Shown: one piece after another, positions 25,101 through 51,479 of the stretch
How the letters are laid out: each line of letters opens with the position of its first letter
How positions within the stretch are numbered: position 1 is the first letter of the stretch
Assembly: GCA_963920595.1 (NCBI GenBank)
Contig: OY986950.1
Coordinates: 4,092,001 to 4,156,000, forward strand
Length of the DNA: 64,000 nt
Direction of reading: 5' to 3'
DNA from: Eimeria praecox
Taxonomy: Eukaryota
The notes under the pieces: generated by a model
The model's input: the letters and a program-made list of their open reading frames with translations, nothing else
Databases searched by the model: none
Told to the model about the DNA's origin: nothing
Program-made: the position numbers and the translations under genes

Positions 25101-28100
25101 AAGGAGTCAATGTGCCTCTGTCTTCAATAGGCAAGAATCTTCTTTGCTGTTTTCCCCATTTTATTTTGCCTGCAGCTTGTATTTGATTTGTTTACACTTC
25201 CGCTTTGCCTGTGCTGTGCTGCAACGCGCTGGATGTTCTGCCTTCGTATTTGTCTCTGTCTTTTTCTTTGCTGCTGATCTCGGTGTTTGTGTGTCTTTTT
25301 CTAATGTTTGCGTTCAACTTTTGCTGTCTCCATTTGTTTTGTTGCCTGTAAATTTAACTGCTATTACCACTCATTGTTTCTGTGGGCCGAGAAAAACCAA
25401 CAAAAACAGTGAATGACAGCAATAGTAATAATAATAATAATACTAAGAATAATAAGAATAACAACAATAATAAGAATATTGGTAACAACAATAATATTTA
25501 TATTGCTACTACTGACGCTGCAAATGATAATGGTAAAGGTCCTTTTTGCTATTTGTCGTAGTAATAGTAGTGATAATTTCCGCTATTATTTGTAGCAACA
25601 GCAATAATAACAGCAGCAACAGTAAATGTTTTCGTTATAACTTGGTTGCCAAGACAGCAATCGTTGGCATTGGGGTTGCTTCGCTTTAATCATCAGTATT
25701 GGTGGACAGTCTCCTGCACGCATGCGTTTTGTTGTTTTTTTCTTGTTTTTTTCCTGTAGGAATGGACAGCTTTGGGCGTCTCCGTCTGCTGTCTCGTCTG
25801 TTGTCTCCTCTACTTCCTCCTCCTTCTGTTGCTGAGCCCTTTGATCCTTTTTGCTTAGAAAGAACTGCTGCTTTTGTCTCTTTGCTGCCTGTTGTCGATA
25901 TAAAACAAATCTTCAAAGGCAAGACAAGCATCAGCACGCCTATTAAACTCTCACACAGGAAGTAATACGTGTTACTGCTTCTGTTGTTGCTGCTGTTGCT
26001 GGTGTTGTTCTCTCTACGGGTAACTGCTGCTGCTGTTGTTGCTCTCTGTAAAATGCTGCTTTTGCTGCTGCAGCATTTGCTGCCTGCACCTAGGTGTTGC
26101 TGCTGCTGTTTCCGGCTGCTGCTGGTATGCTATGCTTCGATCCTACTGTTCATCCACATTCGCATTTGTGCATTCCTTTTGTTCGTTTGCTTATTTGTTT
26201 GTTTTGTTGCTGTTCGTTTGCTTGCTGCGATGTATTGGAGTATTTTTCTGCCTCTTCCCCCTCACTGTCTAGTTGCACATTATGTCCTCTTTTTTTTGTT
26301 CTTTGTTTAGCTTTTGGGTGTTTTTTCTCTGTTTTGCTTTGCATGCGTTTGCTGCTGCTGAAGCTGCTGCCGCTGTTGGCGTTGTTTCTGCTGGCGTGTT
26401 TGCTGCAGAAGAGATTCCCGTTTGGCTGACAGCGGAGCAGGTGCTGCAGGCTGGCTGCAGTTCTCCTCAAGGCCTGTGTTTGTTGCTTTGTTCGTTCTTT
26501 AACGGGCTAGATAGCTGCATGCACACACAGTGTTTGTCCTTTGTTGCAGTAGGTGAGAAAGGCCCCTCTTCTGCTGCTCTTCTTCCCCTTTTTCCTAACC
26601 GTCGCTATCTGCATGAGCCTTTAACACTCCTCTTGCTGCCTACTGTCTACCTGGCTTAGGCTCTCGTGCTGCTGTGTTTGGTTATTGGCTTGCTTGGTTG
26701 TTTGTTAGTTGGTTCTTGCTTGTTCGCTTTCCTTTTCTTGAGTTCTTGTTTGTCTCCTTGTTAGTCTGTTTGTTGTTTGGTTTAAGTTTCGTAGGATATG
26801 AGTTTTCGTCTGTTTGCTTCTCCGTTCTCGTTTCTGCTTTTTATTTGCTTCTGGCTTGTTTGCTGGCTTGCCCAACTCTCTCCATATTTCCCCGCCTGCC
26901 TTCATCTTTTGTATTTCACGGGCCTGTTCGCTGTTTCTACTGCAGCATCAACTCTTGCTGCAGTGCTTGCTGCTGCTGCTGGTGTTGCTGCTGTTGCAGC
27001 GTTTTGCTCACTCTTTTGAGCGCATTGTTTGGCTCAACGGATGCCGTTTGTTTCTGTGAACTGCTTTGTCAAGGTTCTATCTTTATTGTCATGTTTATTT
27101 ATTGCAATTTTTTAAAGCCTCAATTCGCTTTTTTATATCCCTACTGCGGCTCAGGAGACGTCGTTGGCCGGGGAGAAGAGTATTTCGTTTTGCGGCTGTC
27201 TCCTTCAGCAGCAGCACAGCTCTGGAATCCTTTAACAGGGGAAGCGTTAAACCTCAGCAGCAGCAGCCAAGCAAACCCCCCTGGCTCTTCTTTTCCGCAG
27301 CAGCATCAGCAGCAGCAGCAGTTGCTGCTTGAACAGCTACAGCTTTGGAGTGAGGAGCTGGAGGTGTTGGCCGCCCTTAGAGTTTCTAACGCCGAGACAA
27401 AAGAGCTGCAGCAGCGACTTGCTGCTGCGCTTCCAGTTGCGGAGGCCTTTGCAGCGTCGCAGCACCGCAGCCTGCAGGAGCTGCAGCACGAGCAGCGGCA
27501 GCAGCAGTGGCTAGGACAGGCAGCTGTGGACGAGCAGCAGGGAGGTGAGGCTGCTGTTAAAGAGGTGCTACTGGTGGAATCAGGTCTTGTAGAAGTGCAG
27601 AAGAAAACAAATTTGCTGCTGCAACGTTGGCAGCAGCTGCACGCAGCAGCAGAACCCTATTCTCCTTTTCTATTGGGCGGCCGACAGCAGCAAAACAGAG
27701 AAGGGATTTTCCCGGTATCTTCTTTGTCTTTGCTCGTTGGCATGCAAAATGTCTATATTAACTTACAGCCCATGTGGTGTCTCAACAGCTGGGAGGTTCC
27801 TGCCTCTGCTGCTCCTGGAGCAGCAGCAGCAGGAGCAGGAGAAGGGAGTGGAAGGGCATTCACCCCTGAACTTGCTGCTGAAGGCACAGCGGAAGAAGAA
27901 GCAATAAGGAGAAGTGTACAGGAAGAGTTGCAACGCAAACACAAAAGGAGATGCTTCGGGCTACCAACTTTGTTTGCTGCTGCCAAACATTTCCTGAAAA
28001 CCAGCAACACCTCCGGCACTTGGATTCAGCTTTCTCTTAGATGCCTCTCTTTTGTCTGGTGCGGCAGGTACGAAAAAACTACAAACAAATAATTTAATTG

Positions 28101-28578
28101 GGAATACGCAAATAATAAGTAAATACAAAGGTACATAATTAGATCAATGAGTAAACAGTGAACAAAAACAGACAAATAAATGTATGGAAACACAACAAGC
28201 AACGAGCAATCAACAAGTAGATGCGCGAGTACATAAACAAACAAATAGCATGCAAACAATAAACAAACAAACAGGAAGACAACAAACAGCAGTCGAGCAG
28301 GCATGCAATAAAGAAATAAACAAGCAAAGAAACACCAAACCATATAAACAGACAAACACACCAGCATTTAGAAAAAAAGCACACAACCAAACCGGCAAAA
28401 AACAAACACAGAATACAAGAATAATCAAAAGATAAGAATCAGGCCAATGACAAACAAGCAATCAAGCAAACAAAGTCCCAGATGTATAGAGGCAACAGAA
28501 ATCAAGGCCAAATGATAGTAGAACAGCTCCGCTTTAGCCCTCATACGAATAGACAGGGATAACTGCAAAAACCTAAAC

Positions 28579-28655
<77 letters not shown>

Positions 28656-30329
28656 CAACGCTCTGCGTCTTCAGGAGAAGACGCCCTGGGTTGCCTTGCA
28701 CCCTCTCCAGCTGTAAATTTGACTTAAATAACCGAAAACACTGGTCTCCGCTGCTGCCAGAACCAGTAAGAAAGCCACTTGCTGCTGCTGCTGTTGTCGC
28801 AGCCGTTGCTATCGGAGTTTCTTTTGGTGCTGTTGCTGCTTGTAGCTGCAAGTGCCAATGCGTAGAATTCATCAGCTTTCAAGTTGTATTCGCAGCCAGC
28901 ACCTTCTCATTTGAACAGGAGCTGCAGCACTAGCAGTGGCAGAAGCAGCAGCAGCAACAGTACCAACAGTTTATTGAACGATGTTGTTGCTTTCGTCTGA
29001 TTGTTTATCTTCAATGTGTTGCTTAGATTCTGCTTCCTGAAGACCAAAGAAGAGAGGCAGCAACCGCCTATGAAACTACTTTTGTATCAGCGGGGGGACT
29101 CCAGCCCGAAGGCGCGGCACCAGCAGCAGCAGCAGCAGCAGCACAATCAGCAGCTAAGGTGCTTGGAGTGACAGGCGAAGACGCCAAAAGAGCGGCTTTG
29201 CTGCCTCCCACAGGTGCACAGCTATAGTGAACAGGGTGTCAGCCTTAGGGTTCAGCAGTTTCTCCTGCCGCTGCTGCTGCTTCTGCTTTTGCTGCTGAGG
29301 CTGCAGTGCATGTACCTGCACGCACAGCGCCTCTAGAACAATACTTCCTGCATGCATTGCAAAACCTGAAACGCTTACAGCCAGCCCCAGCAGGAAACCA
29401 AAGCTGCTGCATCTTTCTTCTGCCGGTTGTGCTTGCCTTTGTCCTCTGATTTCTTCTGCGTTTCGCGTTCCATTTCTCCTTTTTGTCTGTTCGTGTCTGC
29501 TTGTTTTGCTTACTATGTTTGTTGTTTCTTCTTTTTCTGTCAATTTGGTACTTCCGCTGCTGCTGCTGCGTGTGCAGGATGGGCTAAGCCCCTACCACAG
29601 GAGGTGGAGTTCACAGAAGCTGACGTCCGTAGAGCCCTCGAGTTGGAGCAGCAGCTGCAAACAGCGCTGCAGCAACTCATCAGGAACCGGTATAGCAACG
29701 GTAACATCCGCAGCGGCATGAGCGGCAGCGTTTGTGTAGAATCAGAAGCAGACGCCGACGGCCCCGTGGCTGCATGGAGGCCTGCAGCATCTTCATGGAG
29801 GGCAGAAGGACTTGGAGGCGAAGGATATTTAAACGAAGAAGTTACGCAGTGCATAGCGTTTGCAGAGGAGCCGGTGGCTGGCGTTTATGAAGTGTTGGGG
29901 CTGTACGAGGAGGTCAGGCGTACGTCTACCTGGCACTCGTTAGCATTTTCTTCGCCAGTTTCAACAGAAACAGAAGATCGCGAGATGCTCATAATGCAGC
30001 AACAAACTAGCACGAGTAACGCACACGCATGCAATACTCCTGTCCTCCTGACAGGCAAACAATACCTTGAGGAGGCCCTTTTAGCTGTGGTTTCCTCTGC
30101 TTTTCCCGGGAGGCAGCTGCAGGGTATTGTGTTCCACTTCAACGAACTGAACACCCATAAACTGCTCGATCGACTGCTGCATGCACAGGTGTTTGGGGCT
30201 TTGCCGCTGCGCTACCCAGGGCAAAACATTGCAAGAGTCTACAGCCGAGTTGGCTGCCTCGTTGTCAGACTTTTTGCATTTCCTTGTGGCCTTTACAGCG
30301 GCTGGCTGTTTGCTGGCACCATCGACTGA
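16134..30329 (+). CDS. CC2D2A: CC2D2A/MKS6 homolog (coiled-coil and C2 domain ciliary transition-zone protein), ~16 exons
   Basis: Collinear motifs match the CC2D2A family from memory: '[19 protein letters not shown]', '[24 protein letters not shown]', C2 domain '[48 protein letters not shown]', '[11 protein letters not shown]', 'AAFVSLLP', 'LLLCSFF', 'LWNPLTG', 'NVYINLQ', 'FDLNNRKHW' and the C-terminus '[14 protein letters not shown]'. Exon phases are consistent, e.g. 16134-17564, 23690-24007, 25760-25918, 26409-26552, 27155-28067, 28675-28765, 29027-29213, 29578-30329. Confidence 0.88.
20990..22050. repeat. Degenerate TGTAT/TTGCA/TGTGC pentamer-like low-complexity tract inside a CC2D2A intron
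   Basis: About 1 kb of T/G-skewed sequence with recurring tgtat, ttgca and tgttg words, between the donor at ~20711 and the acceptor at ~22091. Confidence 0.65.
28584..28652. repeat. (TA)n microsatellite, CC2D2A intron
   Basis: Pure TA run. Many further TA runs occur after 32 kb. Confidence 0.95.
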
Positions 30330-30997
30330 CTTTTCTGGTTTTCTGATGTGTTTTTGTTTGTGTTTTGTCTTTTAAGATATGATGTATTCAATACGCCTGT
30401 CCTCTTCAACTTCGTTTCCTTCTCTTTTCACGTTTGCTGTATATTATTGGGGTTTACTTTCGGCCGTCCTCGATGCACTCGTTCCCTTCATTCTTAACTT
30501 TGCATGCTGGTGCATACCTCAGGCAGTTCTTATTCTCTTCCATCAACATCTCAGAGTGCTTTTCATCACTGCCGTAGCCCTTATAGCAAGGAGGGAATTT
30601 GCTGGCTTACGCAAACAACTGTCACACAAGCAACAGCTAAAAACCCCATTGCTCCAAACCGCTAGGCTTGCAGCTTCCCACACTGGCCATCTGAAATCTC
30701 CTGCGAACAGAAGGCTTCTATGGGACAGTTAAGATGTAGCATTCAGCAGCAGCAGCAGATGCATGCACGTAATACAACAGGTGCAACAGTAGCAGCACCA
30801 ACCAACAGCTGGTGCTGCAACTGTAGCAGACACCAGCCGTAAAAGTAGCAGAAATGCCTTCAGACAAATACAGGTGTCTAAGGTGGCGTTTCTAAGGAGA
30901 GTGGCTCCGATGGTTGAAGGTGCAACAGACAGCGTTGCTTATACACGACGTTTTTAATTGCAAGTCTGGCTGATGCTGCTATTGTGTTCAAGAAAGG

Positions 30998-31283
30998 CAA
31001 GCACTTGCCGCATTCCATGCGGAATTGAGGTGTTTCGTTAGCTGTGGAGACAGTTTCGCTGTGTTCTGTAGGGTTATTTGTTTGAAGGTTTATCTGAGAG
31101 TTTGGTTGAGGGTTTACATCAGGCTTCGTGTGGCGATCTGCAAGCACTTGCCGCATTCCATTCGGAATTGAGGTGTTTCGTTAGCTGTGGAGACAGTTTC
31201 GCTGTGTTCTGTAGGGTTATTTGTTTGAAGGTTTATCTGAGAGTTTGGTTAAGGGTTTGCATCAAGCTTCGTGTGGCGATCTG
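30998..31283. repeat. 143-bp tandem duplication (2 copies, ~4 mismatches)
   Basis: caagcacttgccgcattcca...gtggcgatctg occurs at 30998-31140 and again at 31141-31283. Confidence 0.95.
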
Positions 31284-31527
31284 CATGCAGATCTACATAA
31301 TAATTCGCATGTACGGGTTCTGCATGGAGTGTTGCCTACAGCTAGCTGTTTGTTTGCACAGGGCTTCTTCTTATGAAGGAGGAGTGCCTCAGATAATCCC
31401 TACGGGCATTTGCATGGGGGATTTAGGTGTCTGCCCTTTCAATACATAGGGTTTTCTCAGGGGTTATTCAGTTGCTATGGCAGCGTTTTATGGGTAAGCA
31501 CTTTGTTGCAAATAAAAGAGAAGGCCT

Positions 31528-32043
31528 TCAATCAGCAAAAGGAGTTTGGGGGGCTCCGAGTCTGAAGAGGAGGTTGGAATGTTTTGTTTTGGGTTGGAAG
31601 AATAGAGAGTCGAACTTGGAGCTAACTTTGGTGTATATGAAAAAGCAAACAACACCTATAAGTGTAATTGTCCATCCTTGCACGTAGATCAGCAGATAGC
31701 GATACAGATCACTGCTTTCACTGAGGGTGTCGTGAAAGGCATCAGGGGAAACTGCAGCATCGCCTAAGCATTTGTTTAAAGGGGATTCGTTCCAATCCAC
31801 TGCCTTCCCTTCTCTTAAATTGGCATACGCTCTACACACAGACAAATCCTGAAAAGAACAGTCTTGAGAACCCTCCTTAGGTGTGAAAGACAGAAATTTC
31901 TGCGCCAGCAACTCGTCTCCGTCGTTGCACGTTGTTACCAAACCCGACTCTGCATTTTGCAGGTTTTGTTCTGCAGCACAAACAAAAGCTCGAAAAACTG
32001 AAAGCTGCATATTTACAGCAGCTGCGAGTTGAACAATGGGCAC

Positions 32044-32091
<48 letters not shown>

Positions 32092-32920
32092 GCAGAAGGA
32101 GAAAGGCAAAACTGCAAGGTCTTCTTCCTAACAACTTTAGATGAATAGAGGCCTACAGAGATGATTCGTCTAATACGGTCTGTCTATTTAATCCTGAGTT
32201 AACATTCAGTTAATCGATTTATCGATTAAAAAACAATAAAAAAGAAGTAGAGAAGTAGTTGTGTATTTCTTAATAAATCATGCATCGATTCAACTATGAA
32301 TGCATGCAGTTGGTGTTTTATTTACCCGTGCTTAGACACTTGACGTTTCCCTTATACCAAAGCCTGCAATTATCGACAGCCACAATTGCCTGAGCATTCC
32401 ATCGACGACTACACCAATCATTGGGGGCTGCGAAGATCCAAACGGTGTTAATAAATGATACAATAAGCCAACAATCTGCAAGGATAGCAACAATCCAAGG
32501 CCCCCATTTGCTCATAAACCCAAGTCTACTAATCCATTTTCCTAAACTCATAAACTCTGCTATTGAAAAATTACCAAACATATCTAAAATACGAGCCATC
32601 ATAATACACAATATGCCAGTAGCACTTGTAATACATATCATAATAATGAAATTGACGCCTATGAGCGAAATCGCACGCTCCCCGCATCGGTAGTTTTTGA
32701 AGAAACTTAAACTTTTAATTAATAAATATAATACTAATGTCATTAATGTACCAAATACTGCAACTGAAGTTAATAAACGATAAAAAAATGCTAAACGCCA
32801 TGAATATCGTCGACGCATCCAGTTGAAACGAATCGATTGATATCGCTTGCAACAGAAACATAAAAAAGGAGAACAACAACCTAACGTTCTATCATTAATT
32901 CCACAATATGTTGTATCCAT
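31528..32920 (-). CDS. Multi-pass membrane protein of unknown function (345 aa, 2 exons)
   Basis: Exon 32920-32326 (G|GTAAAT) joins exon 31970-31528 (tgcag|AA) in phase, giving 1038 nt. The protein has a Cys-rich N-terminus, three hydrophobic segments, a Cys-rich loop and a fourth hydrophobic segment near the C-terminus. It has no homopolymer tracts. Confidence 0.85.
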
Positions 32921-34314
32921 TGTCTGTATTTTAATTTGGTTTCAGTTTAAATAACATTCCCTTGCTGCTACTGTTGTTGCTGTTCCTGCTGTTGTTCCTC
33001 GTGATGCTACTACTGCTGCTTGCTTTTGAGAGGTTTCGCTCTTCTTGCAGATTATTCTGATGGGTAGATTGGAATTCAAATAAATAAAAATTGAATTTAC
33101 AGGGGGAACTGGGGGTATTAAATAAATATAAAGAAGAAGAAGAAGAAGGAAGAAGAGGAGAAGGAGAACAACACGATTCTAAACCCCGATGAACCAATGG
33201 TGCTCCCTCACCACCACCGCGGAAACAGTGTTGAAATACTTGACATGTGTCTACATTAAAAGAATAAGGGAAATAAAATTTGAATATTTTAAGAAGGAAA
33301 AATTCAAATACATCAAAAATTCATTCAATTTACTCCGCGGTGCCTCTCGTAAACACAACGGCCTTCCGTCGTCTGATATGCTGAGATACACCGAAAGCCC
33401 CATATTTGTTTTATTTTCTTCAATTTATTTTAAATATTAAATATATTCAGAGTTCTTTTCTTACTTTTCCAGTCAACGTCTTACTATACATCAACGAGAA
33501 GCCCTCTTCTGTAGCCTCCTCGCTCGCTACCTTTACTTCTGTGTATACCTTCGAAGCTACAAGTGTGCTGCAGCATCGGAAAGACCTTCTCCTTATAATT
33601 TAAATGTTTTTATTTAAATAATTTGTTCAAATTTATACATATAAAAAAATATATTAAACATTTAGGCCCCATAAACCTAGCTTATGTCTACAGTAGCTTT
33701 CTTTCTACCTACGCTAACTAACTGTACAGCGCACAGAGCAGCTGATCTTCATTCTTTTGTGTTATTCTCCTCACCAAATTGATTATATTTGTTGAAAATA
33801 ATAACATAATAAACAACAATCCTAATTAAAATGCTAGGGTAGGAGTTTGTTAGGATAACGCATACAAAACCCTAGGAAGGAACCTCTAACTCTACTCTTC
33901 TGCATGCAGCACGCTTCAGTATTATTATTATTGATTCATCTTTATAAAACTTGAAAGGCCTAAGTATAATATTTGCTTAATATTTAATTGTTTAGTATTT
34001 AGTAGTAGGACTATTCTATAGGATTTGGGGTTTAGGGTGTATGCGCCAGCTTTGAATCATAAAGGCTCGAATCCCCGGCAAATAATAATAATATTAATAT
34101 TAATATTGATATTAATATTAATATTAATATTAATAACAATAACAATAATAATAATAATAGTAGAGTTCATTTAAAAACTCTAATATGAATATATCGTCAT
34201 AGACAACAAGACAAGCTCATATGTAGTGCCTGCATGCACCTCTGCTGCAGCAACAACATGCAGCAACAGCAGCAGCTATGCTGCTGCAGCAACTGTATAC
34301 GATTGCTACAGCAC

Positions 34315-34418
34315 CTGCAGCAAATATACTGCTGCAGCAGCTGCAGCAAATATACTGCTGCAGCAGCTGCAGCAAATATACTGCTGCAGCATCTGCAGCA
34401 CATATACTGCTGCAGCAC
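34315..34418. repeat. 26-bp minisatellite x4 (CTGCAGCAAATATACTGCTGCAGCAG), each unit self-complementary
   Basis: Four adjacent near-identical units lie just downstream of the RSPH14 stop codon. Confidence 0.85.
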
Positions 34419-34654
34419 CTGCGTGTGATTGCTGCTGCTGCTGCAGCAGCAGCAGCAGCAGTTATATGAATGCAGCAGATTTATTGATGCAGCAGCATTT
34501 GGGGCTGCAGCAATTTGATGCATGAAGCAGCAGCAGCTCTCAAGCCCACGTCTTCTGCTCGTGCTGCTCGCAGCAACAGATCTAAAGAAGAAAAGAAACA
34601 AACAACAATCAACAGCATATTTAGGTCTAGTACAATTGCACTTACTTGTTGCTG

Positions 34655-43491
<8,837 letters not shown>

Positions 43492-44840
43492 TTTCTGTTT
43501 AATTTAATTTAAAAAAGATATATTTAAATAGAAAAAACTAAAAAATATAAAATAAAATAATATAATGTTTATTAACTAACACCTACAGAATGTTATGTAT
43601 ACATGCAGCAACTGTCTACCTATCTAAACTTCTTCAGAATAATAATAATTAATAATAATAATAATAATAAATTATTATTATTTAAATTATAAAAATAAAA
43701 TATTAAATAATTCTAATAGATATATTCAAATATATAACAAGATATATATATACAAGGAGTAGTTGTTGCTAGCTAGCTTAAGAGAAGACCTCGATCCCTA
43801 TACACTCAATTTCACTAGTAAATAGAAATAAACCCTATCTATTCTACTCTAAACCCCAAACCCTAAACCCTAAACCCTAAACCCTAAACCCTAAACCCTA
43901 AACCCTAAACCCTAGTTAACGCAAACAGCGGCGACTTGACGGAAGCCCGCATGCAGCTTCAGGTCTTTTATTATATGAAATACAAATAAAAAATATATAA
44001 AAATATAGAAAATTATATTTAATTTTAATTTATTTAATTTATTTCAAACTATAATAAATAAATTAAAGTTGGATACACAATAAACAAGCAGATTCAGCAA
44101 CAGGCTACATAACATGCAAGCATCGAGGCAGGCAGCAGCAGCAGCAATTATCGTCGAAATACGAAGTTTTTTTTTAATTTTTTGGTTTAAAATAAAATAT
44201 ATTTAATAATAAATACATTTAATTAATTAATATATCTGTTTGTTTTAAAAAACAAACACAACAACACATCTTCACTCGCCCGCCCGCTCAGTACAGAGTC
44301 GGAAGCCCTTAGTTATAAAAGCTGTTAAGAACTGAAAAATATAATTTAGAAATAATTATTACTGAAATAAAATTAAATAATTTTATTTATTTAAATTTAT
44401 TTATTTATTTCAAATTTTAAAAAATAAACCAACACACTCATAACATGTGGGGGCTTGACCTTCACACCTCCCCATATCAATTCATTATTTCTTCTCTCAC
44501 GCAAATATCAATAGAAATAATTATTTAAAAATATTAATAAATAATTTAAAAACAAAATATAAATAATTAATTCAAAATAAAAATAGAAAAACATACAAAT
44601 AAGCATTAGAAACATATTAACAGTGAGAAGACAGTAGCAACTATAGCAGGATATAATAATAATAATAATAAATTAAAAATAAATATATAAATATAAATAT
44701 AAACATAGATATAAATATAAATATAACTATAAATATAAATATAAATACAAATTATAAATATAAATATAAAATATAAAGTAACCCTCGGTATATTTATATT
44801 ATTATTTATATCTTTTTCATCCCTCTCCCGCTTATACACA

Positions 44841-44922
<82 letters not shown>

Positions 44923-45671
44923 CTTGTTTTGTTTTTGCTTTGTCTCTTGTAGTTAAGATGTGAAGACTATACTTTTCAAATAATTTAAATAAATAAATAT
45001 TTATTTATTATACTCATAATATAAATAAATTATTTATTATAATAAATAATAAATAATATGTACTATAGTATTATTATGTATACAAGTTATTGATAATAAT
45101 AATAATAATAATATATTCATATAATAATAATAAAACAATAAATAAAAAATAAACAAAAAAACAAAAGAAGAAGAAATAAATATAAATAGAAAGATAAATT
45201 AATAAGAAGTAGAAAAGAAACAAAATAAAAAGATGAAATAAATAATAAAAATAATAAAAATAATAAAAATAATAAAAACAACAAACAAATAAACAACAAA
45301 CACATACGCTGACCTTCTGCTGCACCAGCAGCAGCAGCAGCAGCAACAGCAGCAACAGCAGCAGCAACAGCAGCAGCAGCAACAGCAGCAACACCAACAG
45401 CAGCAACAGCAGCAGCAACAGCAGCAGCAACAGCAGCAGCAACAGCAGCAGCAACAGATATATGTATATATATATTTGTCTCTCTCTTTGTTTCTCTTCT
45501 TTCACTGAAGTTGTTTTAAAAAGATTTATTTTCCGCAGTTTTAATAAAATAATATAAATAAAATAAAATAAAACAAAGAAGAAGAAGAAAACGTAGAAGA
45601 AGAGATAAACCCTAACTGTTAATTTGCTGCTTTTGTTTATATTTTGTTGTTGAAGATAAATATAATAATTA

Positions 45672-46037
45672 TAATATAATATAATATAATATAATATAAT
45701 ATAATATAATATAATATAATATAATATAATATAATATAATATAATATAATATAATATAATATAATATAATATAATATAATATAATATAATATAATATAAT
45801 ATAATATAATATAATATAATATAATATAATATAATATAATATAATATAATATAATATAATATAATATAATATAATATAATATAATATAATATAATATAAT
45901 ATAATATAATATAATATAATATAATATAATATAATATAATATAATATAATATAATATAATATAATATAATATATTATATTATATATTATATTATATTATA
46001 TTATATAATATTATATTATATTATATTACATTATAAT

Positions 46038-46045
<8 letters not shown>
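45672..46045. repeat. (ATAAT)n array followed by its inverted form (ATTAT)n
   Basis: About 300 bp of perfect ATAAT switches at ~45972 to ATTAT units. Confidence 0.95.
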
Positions 46046-46103
<58 letters not shown>

Positions 46104-46175
46104 CCATTATTATATTTAGATATATCTGTATAAATATATGTATTTATAAAGAGAAAGATCAATCCCACAAGTGCT

Positions 46176-50869
<4,694 letters not shown>

Positions 50870-50878
50870 CGTTCCCCC

Positions 50879-50916
<38 letters not shown>

Positions 50917-51142
50917 GCAGCAGTAGATGTTTGTTGCTGTTTACAAATGTAGACAAATAGAAAAAATATATAATAAATAGAAAAGTAGAGAGGACAGAGA
51001 GAGAGACAGACAGAGACAGAGACAGCAACAAGAAAGAAGAGACAGAAACCCTAAACCCTAAACCCTAAACCCTAAACCCTAAACCCTAAACCCTAGTTCT
51101 TAGAAGGTAAAGGCTTGTGAGACAGCAGCGCGTCTCCCTCCA

Positions 51143-51174
<32 letters not shown>

Positions 51175-51237
51175 ACAACAGCAACAGCAACAGAAACAGA
51201 AACAGCAACAGCAACAACAACAAGACAAAACAACAAG

Positions 51238-51276
<39 letters not shown>

Positions 51277-51419
51277 CACAACAGCAGCAGCACGCACAAT
51301 AGCAGGAAGGCGCCCGCTGGTTGTAATAGAGAAAGGAGATAATAAAGAAGAACAGGAGAAACGAGAAAGAAGAAAGAAGAGAGAAGTACAACAATGCTGA
51401 GGAGATAATCGCATCAGAT

Positions 51420-51479
<60 letters not shown>

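Noticed and set aside
34040..34080. tRNA-like T-arm (GGCTCGAATCCCCGGC)
   Set aside because: No D-arm, anticodon arm or acceptor stem can be built from the flanks.
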